Of a DNA stretch of 64,000 nt, positions 36,421-48,639 are shown in pieces. A program made the position numbers and the translations under genes. Position 1 is the stretch's first letter. Each line of letters starts with the position of its first letter. The notes under the pieces are model-generated. The model saw only the letters and a list, made by a program, of their open reading frames with translations. It was not told the origin of the DNA and searched no databases. The stretch is from Vicugna vicugna (Eukaryota), in the NCBI GenBank assembly GCA_013265495.1, contig MU058213.1:1736001-1800000 (forward strand). The letters are read 5' to 3'.

Positions 36421-36454
36421 ACACACACACACGTGCACACACACACACACACAC
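36421..36454. repeat. (CA)n microsatellite, interrupted
   Basis: acacacacacacgtgcacacacacacacacac. Confidence 0.95.
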
Positions 36455-37139
36455 TCATATGGTCACTTAAATAGCAAGACAGCAATGCAAGAATTGTTAC
36501 AGAACAGGATACAAAAAACGCCAAATGAGAGCTTTTGATCTTAAGTATGGCGTTATGGTGTGCTTTGGGTGGAGGCAGTCTGTGGGCCTGGTGGTCAGGA
36601 TACACTTTATAAGATAGATTTAAGCTTGTCCAAAAAGATGGTGAGAATTTGATAAGCAACGTTCAAGTCTGCCAGGATACTGTAACACCATATTATCTGT
36701 GGGCTGCGTGTGTCAGAGTTGTCTCTTTAGCCAGACTGCAAGTCTTTGCATGCAGGAACACTGCCCCATGTTCCTTCTGAGTCTTTCGCTCCTATGTCAG
36801 TCTCACGGTGAAAAACACAATGTCTTTTTGGAGCGGATGCCAGAGACGGGCACTGATTTGAATCAGATTAAGTCACATCCTGAGACATTCCTGCTGGGTT
36901 TGTTCACATCGGAGAGAACTTGAGGTCTCAGGACAGCTTGAGTAGGAAGGGATCTTCAGGCAGCAAAGGTCACCTAGACTCCCACAGGAAATGTGTACTT
37001 TCTTTTCTATGAGTAACTGTGGCATGGTCAGAAGTTCTCCATTCTAGCCTGTACCCTACTAGTAAGACCAAAAGAGTTTTTGCTAATAATTCTTAATAAT
37101 AATTATCACCTGATTATCCCTTTTTCCAGCATAAAATTG

Positions 37140-37280
37140 TCATGAAACTTAAGATTTATCAACTCTCAGTTGCACAGGCACCTTTAAAACTTTGTACCCA
37201 ATAAACTTTAAATTCCTTTTCTTAAAGAGTACCCTCCAAATTGTATTAGCCTGAGTCCCTAGAAAATCTGGATCTGCAAT
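37140..37280. mobile_element. hAT-Tip100-like MITE fragment
   Basis: ttttcttaaagagtaccctccaaattgtattagc...aaaatctggatctgc. Confidence 0.45.
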
Positions 37281-37294
37281 TTATCTGCAATTTA

Positions 37295-37440
37295 TGTAAT
37301 GTATCATTCATTTACTAAATACTTTTCTCACGGAAACCTCACAACAGTCTCATGAAGTGAATTCTATATAATTTGGACTTTATCAAGTCCCAGAGAGGTT
37401 AACTGACTTGCTCAAGGTCACAGAGTAAGTTAATAAAGAT
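37295..37440 (-). mobile_element. MIR fragment
   Basis: cagagaggttaactgacttgctcaaggtcacag. Confidence 0.8.
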
Positions 37441-38336
37441 ACAACTTCTATAAATGAGTTTAGAGCAGAGATGAGATATTCTTATAAATTATCCACGACT
37501 GAACATTGTAGTCTTTTCATTTTCTCTTACAGACAGTGAAAATGAGAACGTATCTCTGGGTAATACTATGTTCTTCCAAAGCTACCTTCTGCCTGTAAAG
37601 TGAGAGGCCTGGGGTTGCAGTCCTAGGCTAGCAGGGTTCACAGAAGCAGACATTTAATGGAATTCTGTGATTGTGTGTTGGTGCTTAAAGTCCACCACAT
37701 TCTCCACTTTGAACTACAGCAGCAAAGGAATAGAAAACAGCATTGGAGAAACTGACTTAGTTTAAAGACATATCTGGGTCATCCAAACTTAATAGTTTCT
37801 GAATTTCATTTTGTCTTTTTTTTTTTTTTTTTTGCTACAGGGAAGTCAATCATGTGCCATAAAATGGTTCTTTTGTACAGGAAGGAAGCATGCCCACATC
37901 CACTCATTCGTGAATAGTAACTCAGGCACTCATCAATCTTTTAGTGAGCATGTACTGTGATCTATGTATTATGCGAGGGGCTGACCACAGCTTAGCCATG
38001 AACACTGCAGAGTCACAGGCTATTTAGGCAACTGTTTCTCTTTCTGCAAACTCTTAGGCCTCAGATTCCTTAAACTGAGTCCCCTCAGAGGGCCAGGAAC
38101 AGGGATGGAGGGCCTGCCTGAGGGGGCCATATGGCTAAGACCACCAAACATAGGTTTTTGACCTTTTCTTAAAGTGATATTTCAGGGAATGTCATAATAA
38201 GATTGAACAAAGATATTCATAACACATCTTGAAACATGTGTTCCATTTTTAGAACACACAACCTACTAGGCATGAGCTTGAATGCTGCCTTTAACCACTT
38301 TGTTCTTTTGCTTCACCGTCTTCTGACTTAGCAACA

Positions 38337-38510
38337 ATCGTCGTCATCATCATCATCATCATCATAACGGCTATATTTATTGAACATTGTGCTCTTATTG
38401 CTGTGCTAACCATTTATAAAAATTATCTTGTTTCTTTCTACCAAGAACTTGTGAAATAGGAACTATTGTTTGTCTCCATTTTATAGATGGGAAACTGAGG
38501 CTTACTGGTA
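38337..38510 (-). mobile_element. MIR with (CAT)n tail
   Basis: (cat)n at 38345-38365; ctccattttatagatgggaaactgaggct. Confidence 0.85.
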
Positions 38511-39032
38511 ATCAACTAGCTACTCATAAACTGTTTAGATAATGTTGACTATAAACCAAAGAGACAGTCACACAAAATCCATGTAACTTAATTTTCCTCT
38601 GCCAATTTAAAATTACGAAGCACACAGTCCTTCATAATAATAATAAGAGAAGCAATTTCATACCAGAAGCTTTCTCAGAGGTTGATGTCTCATAAATGAG
38701 AGCCCCTCTGTTTTGGGGGGCTTTTGTGTAATTTCCAACAATTATTTTTCATTTCCCTCTGCTGAGTAAGCCAATAATTGGTGACTTCTCATCTAGTTGC
38801 TCCCTTGGATGACAAATAACATTACTCTGAGTTCCCCATCTCTAACTGTCTCAAAGGCCGGTGGTTGAAAACAACAAATGAAACTTTGATCACCTGTGTT
38901 CATGACAGGGAAACTGGGCTTCCAAAGACCCCTGGTTGCTGGTGACAAGGCCCATGGCTTCTGGAGGCCCTGGCTCCCTGGGACTGCTGTGGGGACACAG
39001 ATCAGGCAGAGACAACCTTGAAGGTGTGAGGT

Positions 39033-39474
39033 TGTATTAGTTTACTGTGGCTGCCATAACAAGTGACCACAAACTTAGTGGCTTAAAACAATAGAACTTT
39101 ATTCTTGCACAGTCCTGGAAATTTATTGTCTCATAGAAGTCTAAGATCAAGGTGTCTGCAAGGCTCTTCTCCCTCTGGAGGCTTTATTGGAGAATCCTTC
39201 CTTTCATCTTTCTGCTTCTGGTGGCACCAGGTGTTCCTTGGCCCTGACTGCATCACTCCAACTTTGCCTCTGTCTTCACATGGCCTTCTTTTCTTCTGTC
39301 TCTTCTAAGGACACATCATTCGATTTTAGAGCCTATCCAGTAATCCAGGATGATCTCATCTCAAGATTCTTAATTATGTCTGGAAAGATTCTTTATCCAG
39401 ATAAAAGTACGTTCACAGGTATCAGGGTAAGGACTTGGATGTATCTTTTGGGAACCACCATTCAACCCAATACA
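39033..39474 (-). mobile_element. MaLR solo LTR (MLT1B/C-like)
   Basis: tgtattagttt...gctgccataacaagtgaccacaaacttagtggcttaaaacaa...accattcaacccaataca; TG...CA termini. Confidence 0.9.
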
Positions 39475-39769
39475 GGGTCTATGCAAAGTTCTCTCTGCAA
39501 GCTTGTTTTTGGCATGGGAGAGGCAAGAGGCTGATGTATATCATTAAAGTGGCACAGATGCCCACCTTTTAAATAACTTGGCTATTACTTCCCAACTTCT
39601 ATTTTAGAAACAATTATTGAGCATCTACTGTGCTAAGCACATGATGCTCAGGGCTAACCTGAACTGTGAGCTTGTTCTTCACCTCTCAGAATCCGATCAG
39701 ACTGACTGATAAGGGCACAAATACTCATGGTCCACTGTGACCTGTTCTTTAAAAGAGATTTATTCAAAG

Positions 39770-39930
39770 GGATCGTGTAATATAAGAAGATAGGGCAGGC
39801 AATATAGGTTCTCTTAAAACTGAGGAATCTGAGGACTGCTGGGACTGAAAAATCAGAGATGCCACAGCTCAGATGTGATGGAACTGAGGCTTGAAACCCA
39901 GAGCTTCTGACACTGACTCGAGGCCACATG
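39770..39930 (-). mobile_element. MIR fragment
   Basis: ctgaggaatctgagg...gaactgaggcttgaaacccagagcttctgac. Confidence 0.55.
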
Positions 39931-40487
39931 CTTCTGGCAGCTGAAAATAAAGAGTTTGTCTTCTCAGAAGGCAGATATTCATGTTTTTAGTGACTTTCCT
40001 TTGGATTTTAGAAACTTTTATTTGATCTGTTGAGCTGCTGTGTGGATGGTTATATAGATGGGTGGTTATCTAGCCTTCTTGCCTTGTGTCTCATCGATCT
40101 TTCTTTTCTTTTTTTCTTTACCTCTTCCTTTTCTTTTGTGAGTCAGGAAGTGCACTGGATGTAGAAACCCAAATTATCTTTTGATAAGATGTTTCCAAAC
40201 AGCAGTGAGACAGCGGAGCAAGATCCCAGGCCAAGAAATAGTGTAAACTGTAATTTTACTGTGAACAGGTTGCAAACTTACTTTCTTCTTAGCCTCTCCC
40301 TCTAGAAGAAGCTCTTTGAAGCCTTTGAGGTGAGCCTTGCTTCAGTCTGCTCCTCTGTCTGCTATCTCTTATTTGCTCCATTCCTCCACTCAGAGGCTCC
40401 ATCTTAGAGGAGGGGTAGGGACAGATACCCAGTGAATTATGATGGGCACTTAGTGGGTCTTCAGGAATTTGCTTACCCAAGACAGTT

Positions 40488-40620
40488 CCATTCAGCTCAA
40501 CAGACATTTACTGAGCACCTACCAAGAGTCAGTAATTGTGCTTGACATAGGGATACAAAGACAACTAAGGTAGAGGCTCTGCCTTCAAGAAGCTTTTTAT
40601 CAGATGGACTCACAGGTTAG
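40488..40620 (-). mobile_element. L2 3' fragment
   Basis: tcaacagacatttactgagcacctacca...ctctgccttcaagaagct. Confidence 0.75.
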
Positions 40621-42799
40621 AGAAATTGATGATGAGCAGAAGGAACAAGTACATTGGGGAAAAACCCTCTGTGGAGGTTCCTACCAGTAGGCCCAAAGGG
40701 TAAATGGATAAGCCATGGTAGGTAGGTGGCTGCAGTTGGGTTGTACTTACAGGGAGACATGGAGACTGAGGCATAGCACATTTCTATATTGTGTATAGAA
40801 TAATGGGTTGGGTTGAACCTTCATATGGCAAAGTTGGGGCAGGGTGATGGAAAAACAGTCCTTGATTTATAAACTCTTTACCAATCAGACTGTATGGGTC
40901 AATTTTGCTGCCTCAAAGAATTTCGACATTGAAAGGAACTACCCACATCTCCTTTAATAGGAGAGTGTTACAAGAATAAAGGAAGATAGTAAGCTATTAT
41001 TAACATTTATTATGCTGCTGATTAAGTGGATTGAGTCCTCTCATCCAGCTTTGCTGCTGGGCTTTTTCTGCCCTGAAATAAATGCCAAAGTGATCCTATC
41101 ATGGAATTTCTCTGGTTGCTTCTTTCTAGGGGCATAATCTGATCAATGAGTTGTTGGGAAACTTTGTTTTTTAAAACTGCACATGCTTGTTTAGAAATCC
41201 CAAAAGGAGTTATTCTAAGACCAGTTCTAAGCTCCAGCTTCTTCCTTGTCAAAACTATTGTCACTGTTTTTCAGACCCCATAGATTATGTTTCAGAAAGA
41301 AGAGCCTTTGCTCTTTGTTGTTCAGATACAAAAGGCAGCATTAAAATATGTATCTGCTCATATTTGGGAGAAGGTATTTCAAAAGGGAAAAGGGATAAAT
41401 GCAACATGCAAGCTGTCCCAATTGGATAGGCCTCATCAGAATCCCACTGAGGATATAACAGAAGCTCAGGACAGCATAAGTCCACCTACAATTGAAGGCC
41501 CTGAGTTAAACTTAGACTTCTTCCTTATTTCCTGGACTTCTCCTATCTGATCCTAATTTCTGATGTAGTCCAAAATGGTTTCTTGAACACAGGATGCCCT
41601 TCTACTCAGCAGAGATGAAGGTCAAGTGTTGACATTTAACAGGCAGCCAGGAAAGAGACAGCATGTTGATTCTGGGATGGTGACTGTTCTGAAGCCCTCT
41701 TACGCACTTCAAGGCCCTTAGCCTCGCCAGCCACTGCTTGTGTCAGCCACTGCTGCAGATACAATTGTCTGCCGGCTCCACCAGCTCTGTGCATGTGTAC
41801 CCTGGAAGCATCGTGCTGAGGCTTGTGCTGCATATGTTGTTCCTGCCCTGGGTCTGCTGCCTTGGGTCACAGGAGCTCATAGGGGCTCATTGAGATGGCC
41901 CGACCTGAGGCTTCCTGTCTTGTAGACTGTCGGAGATTGCTGGAGTTGGGGGCGGTGGTAGACGTTTTGAGAAGATGCACACCCAGGAATGTGCAAGAGA
42001 TAACTTATCACTGGATTCTAGACTTGACTATCAGTCAAACTGACCTCTCTGGATATTTAATAGGCATTTTTGCAAGAATGACAGAAGCAAGGCACACCTT
42101 CCACACAGGGGAGGCACAGTAAAGGGATTGACCCAATTTTAGCCACAATAAAGGAAGAAAGTGTTAATCATTTGTGTGATATGCTACAATGGAAGCCAGG
42201 AACACCCATCTGGTCAAAATGAGAGCCAGAGCCCAAATTAATATACTTACTGCCTAATTCCACAGCAGGAGGGACACTCAAAGTCCAGAGTAGGCAGAAA
42301 AGAGATTTTATAAGAATTCAAATCCCAGAAACTCTTTTCTCATCAGCTCTCCAATTGTTCTAGCCTTTTTCTCCCTGTCAAGGGCTGTGAGGACCACCTT
42401 CAGTCTCCGGGCCTGTTAAGAGACAGCAGGAGCAAATGTACAGCTAGAGCACTAGCCAGCTCCTCTTTTTACATCACCTGGTAGATAAGAAGCAAAACAG
42501 TAATTTAATAAAAAGATTTTGGACTCTAGCCTGAACTTTCATGTGATTTCATTTAGAGATTCAGGTGGGTTATTTGTGAATTGACACTTTCCCAAGGTCA
42601 AATCACAATATAAAAATAGTCATTGTAACTGAAGTTTGGATATCAAAACCATATTTACAAGGCAAAACAAGGCTTCAAATATTAACTTCTGTGTTTGTTT
42701 TCTAAAGTAGACTGTTACTCCAAGAGAGGCCCTCTTTGATATTCTTTTCTTTTGTAAACCTTACTCCTAAAGATATTTATCGAAGCTTTTTTCTACAGA

Positions 42800-43392
42800 G
42801 CTTTGCCTTCAACCCTCTTCTCAACCTATACTTTTCTCCATAGGTGGCTGCCTTTATCTCATTGCTTTAAATATCATGTATATGCCAATGACCCCCACAT
42901 TTATATCTGTAGCCCAGACATTGCCACTAAACTCTAGACTTAACCCAGCAGCGTAATTGATTTTTCCACTTGGATATTCAGCAAACATTTCAAATTTTAA
43001 AAGTGGCCAAATAGAAGTTTTAACTTTCCTTTACAAGCCTGTTCTTTCCCGAATCTCTTGTCTCCATAAATGGTACCCATAAGTACACGCACCTTCTCAG
43101 GTCAAAAACTTTAATTCATTTTTGTCTTCACCTATTGCATCTCATTTATTGACAGATCTTATTGATTCTACCTGCAAAATATATCTCAAGTCTTCCTCAA
43201 ATTTTTCATTTTCACTGCAACTACCCTTGTCTAAAACATCACCATCTCTTACTAGGGTAACAGGAATAGTCTCTGCACAGTGATCTCTCTGGTTCCCACT
43301 CTTACTCCTCAACAGTGCTTTCTTCATACAGCAGCCAAAGAGATATTTAAAACTATTAATCAGATCATGTCACACTTAAAATTTCCAGTTGT
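42800..43392 (+). mobile_element. L2 fragment (resumes after the L1 insertion)
   Basis: gctttaaatatcatgtatatgccaatgac...tccacttggatat...cagcagccaaagagat...cagatcatgtcac. Confidence 0.8.
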
Positions 43393-43394
43393 TC

Positions 43395-44050
43395 CACACC
43401 TGAAACACTGACGACACCAAATGCTGACAAGGATGTGGAGCAATGGAAACTCTCATTCATTGCTACTGGGAATGCAAAATGGTACAGCCACTTTAGAAGA
43501 CAAGTTTGGCAGTTTCTTACAAAACTAAATATGCTTTTAACATGTAATCCATCAATCAAGCTCCTTGGTATTTACCCAATGTCCATACAAAAACCTATGC
43601 ATGAATGCTTATAGCAGCTTTATTCATAATGGCCAAGACTTGGGATAAACCAAGATATTCTTTAGTAGGTGAACAGATAAATACACTGTAGTACATGAAG
43701 ATAATTAAGTATTATTCAGACCTAAAAAGAAATAAGACTATCAAACCATGAAAAGGCATAGAGGAAACAAATGCAAATTACAAAATAAAAGTAGCCAATC
43801 TGAAAAGGCTACAAACTGTATGATTCCAACTATATGACAGTCTGGAAAAGGCAAAACCATGGAGATAGTAAAAAAATCAGTGGGTAGCAAGAGTTCAGGG
43901 AATTTAGGGAGGAAGGAAGGGATTAATAGGTGGAACATGGGATTTTGGGGGTATTCAAACTATTCTGAATGATGCTGTAATGGTGGATACTACATTTATC
44001 CAAACTCATGCAATGTACAAGAATGCACCTAATGTAAACCATGGACTCTT
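43395..44050 (+). mobile_element. L1 (L1MC-like) 3' fragment nested in L2
   Basis: caccaaatgctgacaaggatgtggagcaatggaaactctcattcattgct...aaaggctacaaactgtatgattccaactatatgac. Confidence 0.9.
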
Positions 44051-44054
44051 GCTG

Positions 44055-44410
44055 TCTGATCACACTGACCTTTAGTGTCTCATGAACACAAGCTCATTTC
44101 CAACTCAGGGCCTTTGCACGTATTGAGCCTTCTGCTGGGAATGTTCTGCCCCCAGATACTGCCTGGCTGATTCTTTGTTGTTACTCAGGTCTCTGCTTTT
44201 TGTCACCTCCTTAGAGAGGCTGTCCCTGATCACCACCCAAACTAGAATATCCACTTATTCCTTCCCTGCCACTGCTGTTGCTTCACTATGTTTTGTTGTC
44301 TTTTTTGCACTCATTACTACTCAAAATTATCATATTTATTCATGTTTGCTTCATCCCTGCCAGGAACCCTGGCATTTCATGAAAGTTCAATACATATTTG
44401 TTGAACTTGT
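44055..44410 (+). mobile_element. L2 3' part
   Basis: ctcagggcctttgcac...ttactcaggtctctgct...gtcacctccttagagaggc...caatacatatttgttgaa. Confidence 0.85.
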
Positions 44411-44519
44411 GGTACAGGAAATAAAATAAAGTTTTAGATAAGATTTACCCTGGGAAATCATTCAGAAAATTGCACAGGTACCTATTTTATTTATATCTAT
44501 TTCCCTGTCATATCAGTGG

Positions 44520-44680
44520 CTCTGACCCATAACATCACTGTGAGGGCAGAGACCAAATTAGTGTCATTCATTCAGAATATAGCCTGGTAGCCAGCACTGT
44601 TCTTGGTGTGCAGTAAGTACTCAGTAGTTACCTGATGAAAGAGTCAATAAATGAATTTTAAAATGAATGAAAGTGAATGA
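44520..44680 (+). mobile_element. L2 3' end
   Basis: tgagggcagagacc...cagtaagtactcagta...aatgaatgaa. Confidence 0.7.
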
Positions 44681-44839
44681 AAGACATACAAAATAATGTC
44701 TATTTTCACCTGTGATTTCACTAACTTCAGATTTTTATGTCCTGTTTCAAATAAAGGGATGACAACTCAGTTGTATTTTTAAACATTTATTTGATTCAAC
44801 AGAGGGACACTCATATTTTAAAATTGATAGCATAGACCC

Positions 44840-45380
44840 TTCCTTCTCCATCGTACTCTCAGCCCAATCAGTCACCATGTCCGGCAGACCCTATCTCCTT
44901 GACATCTCTGTGCATTGCTCTTGACTTCCATAATCTCTGCCTTTTGCTAAAGACTTAGAGCTTCTTGCTTGGGTGACTGGTCTCCCCTGCTGCTGCTCTT
45001 GCTTTTGATCCTTCCTCTCACAACTACACAGAGTCACCTTTACAAATCATGAATCTGATCATTCACTCTCTTGATTAAAATGCTTCAGTGATTCCCCTGA
45101 GCTTCTAGGATGAGGCTCAAACTTCTTGATCTCCCTTTAATCCCACCTTCTGTCATATTCCCAGTACCAGTAATGAACCTGTAATTCCCCCAAACAGCAT
45201 ACAGGTTCACGACTCTATGTGGCACTCCTTTGATTTCCTCAGCATAGAATTCCGTTCCTTTACTGCTCATTGTTCCAAACTCAGTTCAAACTTCTTCCTA
45301 GAAGTCCTCCTTGACGTTCCCCAATCTCCCCACCCCTGTCTTATGGAGATCCCCACTTCTGTTATACACACTGCCTTGTG
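44840..45380 (+). mobile_element. L2 fragment
   Basis: ccaatcagtcacca...aatctgatcattcactctcttgattaaaatgcttcagtgattccc. Confidence 0.7.
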
Positions 45381-45384
45381 TAGA

Positions 45385-45530
45385 GCAACTACTAGCTAAG
45401 TGGTCTTGGGCAAGTTACTTAATATCTCTCTCTCTCTCTCTCTCTGCCTCAGTTTCTTTGTTTGTAAAATGGGAACAATAAAAGGGTCATTGTGAATGAC
45501 ATACAAAGCATTTTTTAAAAGCCTGGGAAA
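45385..45530 (+). mobile_element. MIR fragment with internal (CT)n
   Basis: cttgggcaagttacttaatat(ct)n gcctcagtttc...tgtaaaatggg. Confidence 0.85.
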
Positions 45531-46268
45531 AATATATATAGTACTTTTCATATGGTATGTAATTATAAACTTATATTGTCCTCTTCTCTGGAGTCACCCT
45601 TTCTAACCCTCAGCCTACCAAAAGAAATAAGCTTCAAGTTTCTGTATCCTGTTGGTTAGAGTCTTCTCTTGGCCCCCAGGGAGAAAAAATACAGGTTTGT
45701 TTTGCAAAGTCTTAGCTTATAGGGGAAATAAAGTTACATTTTTTCAGGAGAGGTAGACAGTGTCACTAAGACAAAGAACATCATGTGTCTGTCAAGGAGT
45801 AGGGGACTGTTTCTCATTCCCACCTTGAAGAGACTAGGTAAGGAATGGTACCTAGCTTGCTGTCTGGCCACCAAGCTGTGGGTGGGAGCCATGATGAAAC
45901 AGCCACTGGCTCAGTATTGGTGCCATGTGAACAGAGCTGCTAACTTGTCCTGGTGATGTGACCCAAGACCAGGGGTCATTCTCCCATATTCCTGCCCCAG
46001 ATTTTTGTATAACCCTACAGAGGTGAAGGTGACTCCCTAAAGTGACTGAGATTAATACATCACAACTCGATAAATAAAGACTTGGAGCCATATTTGATTT
46101 TATTTTGGACATATAAAGTATATTTGAAGTTGTTTTTTCCATCTGAATTATATGGAACAAATTCATTCTCTTTCCATTTATGTGTTTGGGTACTCTGTGT
46201 GTGTGCGTGTGTGTATTTGTTTGTCTGTATGTCATGATACATGTGGTATGAGAAGAAATGGCAGGTAT

Positions 46269-46458
46269 TAAGTGTTGCCATATTATCAAATAAAAATACC
46301 AGATGCCCAGTTATATTTAAATTCCAGGTACACATGAATAATTTTTTAGAAATAAGAATGTCTCCTGCAATATTTGGGATGTACTGATATAAAAATTTAT
46401 TCATTGTTTATCTGAATTCAGACTAAGCTGGGCTCCTATATTTCACTTGGCAACCCTA
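46269..46458. mobile_element. MER53 palindromic hAT MITE
   Basis: TIRs (taagt)gttgcca / tggcaacccta; 8-bp TSD gcaggtat (46261) / acaggtat (46459); interior matches recalled MER53. Confidence 0.9.
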
Positions 46459-48453
46459 ACAGGTATAGGTTTCTTGTGTCTGCTTACATTCCTGGCCTTT
46501 TCAAGGCTGGGTATCACTGTCGCTGACATAACCCACAAACAAACAATTTTGATAGCTACAAAGGTGCATTTCCACAAAAGAGGCAGCCTTCCTCTCTGGA
46601 CAACTGTGATACTCAAGTCAGCTTCCATTCCCAAGATACTCCATTCCCAAGATCTAGGGCTAATGTGCAGGTGGCTTTAGACATGTCCAAATTCTCCCTC
46701 CTCCTCTTGTGCAATTTGGAGCATTTTGGGGATGGTATCTGCAGTGTGTTCCAACTGTTCCAGCTTAAGTAGCTCACTTCCTACAGCTGGCCCTACTGCT
46801 TGCTTGTGCAGTAGGAGAAGTTTTGGACCTGGGCATTTAGCAAGATTTCTTCCACTAACTTGGGCTGATCACTGCTTCATTGATGTATCTCATCCCTGCA
46901 TTATTCTTTCTCTTGATTACCATGTCATCAGAGGAGTATTAAAATGTCCATGGATTTAGTTAGTTCTACCCTCATAAGCCAATAATTGAATGCTTTCAAC
47001 TGCATATTTGCAAAAGCTATAGCTCTCTTTGACTTGAATTTCTGTGCTAGGGAGTCTTGGTGAGGTCATAATCCCTCTAGGCTTAAGCCAGTTGCTGCTT
47101 CAAAGGGCCAGTCATTTTGGATGATTCCACAGTAAAGACTTAAAAGTTTGTCTACAAGGCCAGACGGAAAGAGCTTTTTTCCAGCTGACTTGGTTTTATC
47201 AGCGACAATAATAGCCAGTCAATGAGCTATCTATGGACTCATGCATGGTTGATCCAATTCAGTTGTTAAGGTGCCTGAAATAACATCGGTCCCATTGATT
47301 GCTTCACCACTAATGACAATCAGCTCTTATGATGACCAAAGAAACCTATTTGATTGGGAAATTTTCAATAGAGTCATAATCATGGCAGGTATGTAGACAT
47401 GGCCCAGATGGGTCCCAGGGGATGTTTCCTTCCTTAATTCCAAAAGACAAGTCTTCCTGATTGTGATTATAATCAGAAAATGGCATTGTGTGTGAAGGGG
47501 TTGGGGGTGATAGAGAGTGCGAGCCAGTTTAGGACAAACGATCCTTGTCTCAGTGAGCACATGTGAGGTTCTTCCTTTAACTAGTGATCATAGCCAAGGG
47601 GAACTTCTCTATTTTTAATCTTCATAATTACCATGAAATTATGGTGGTCAATACATTCCCTGCAGAGACCCACTTGTTCTCTCAAATACAGATAAACTGG
47701 CAATGGCAGCTGAGATAATCCATAGTTTTAACAACTGCATTGAATCAACCACATATGAGCTGGGCCAATGAAAACTGATTGCCTACAATCTGCTTTTTTT
47801 CCCTCCATTTTGCATCAAATGGAAGTAAACATGTATATGTTCCTTCTTTGCATTTATCTGATTTATGTTCACTTGTTTCTTGTTTGAATAGTAATCTTAT
47901 TCAGAAAAAGAGAATATTTTACATTCAGAGTTCCAAATATACTTCATATTATTTTTGGAAGTAGGTAGGAATTAATTATACATTTTTAAAGAAAAAAACA
48001 GTTTCTAAGCCTGAAATTACATTGACACATTAAATTTATCAAAAAATACAGGAGAAAGTAACCAAAAACCCATTTTTGTATGAGAAAAAAAATCTTTATA
48101 AAACAAGAGTGCAGAACGAGTACAGAAAGCATAAAAATGGAAACATGCAAAGTAAAAACATTTAAAAACATTGATGAGCAAATACATAAACTATTTCTCT
48201 ACTTGCAAAAAAGAAACTAATGTATTATGTTGGTAATATATATATATCTTCAGACAAAAATATGCTTTTCCAATTTAGGCTTTTTGGTTACAGGGAAGTT
48301 TAACCAGATTTTGGAGGGTGAAGAAATGGAAGCAAAGGAGCCAAACTCTCCCATCTGTAGTTTGTAGTTAGACTCGCCCAGTAAAGAACATGTCTGATAA
48401 ATTCAGGCTTGGAGCACACTTTTTCTCATTCCTAGTGGGTTCTGTGCATTTCT

Positions 48454-48639
48454 TTTTTTTTTTTTCAACTGAAGTATAGTCAATTTACAATATTGTGTCA
48501 ATTCACAATATTGTGTTAATTCTGGCATACAGCACAATAGTTCAGTCATACATATACATACATATATTCCTTTTCATATTCTTTTTCATTATAGGTTAGT
48601 ATAAGTTATTGAATATAGTAGATAAACAACACATTTATA
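48454..48639 (-). mobile_element. young short L1 3' end (camelid-like) with 5' inversion
   Basis: Poly-T, then actgaagtatagtcaatttacaat...ttcagtcatacatatacatacatatatt; 12-bp perfect TSD ctgtgcatttct at 48442 and 48640. Confidence 0.9.

Noticed and set aside
41636..42122. GC-rich ORF cluster
   Set aside because: Short ORFs on both strands with no homology and no paired splice sites
45852..46404. Longest ORFs (145 and 114 aa)
   Set aside because: They run through a (TG)n tract and the MER53 MITE; no coding signature
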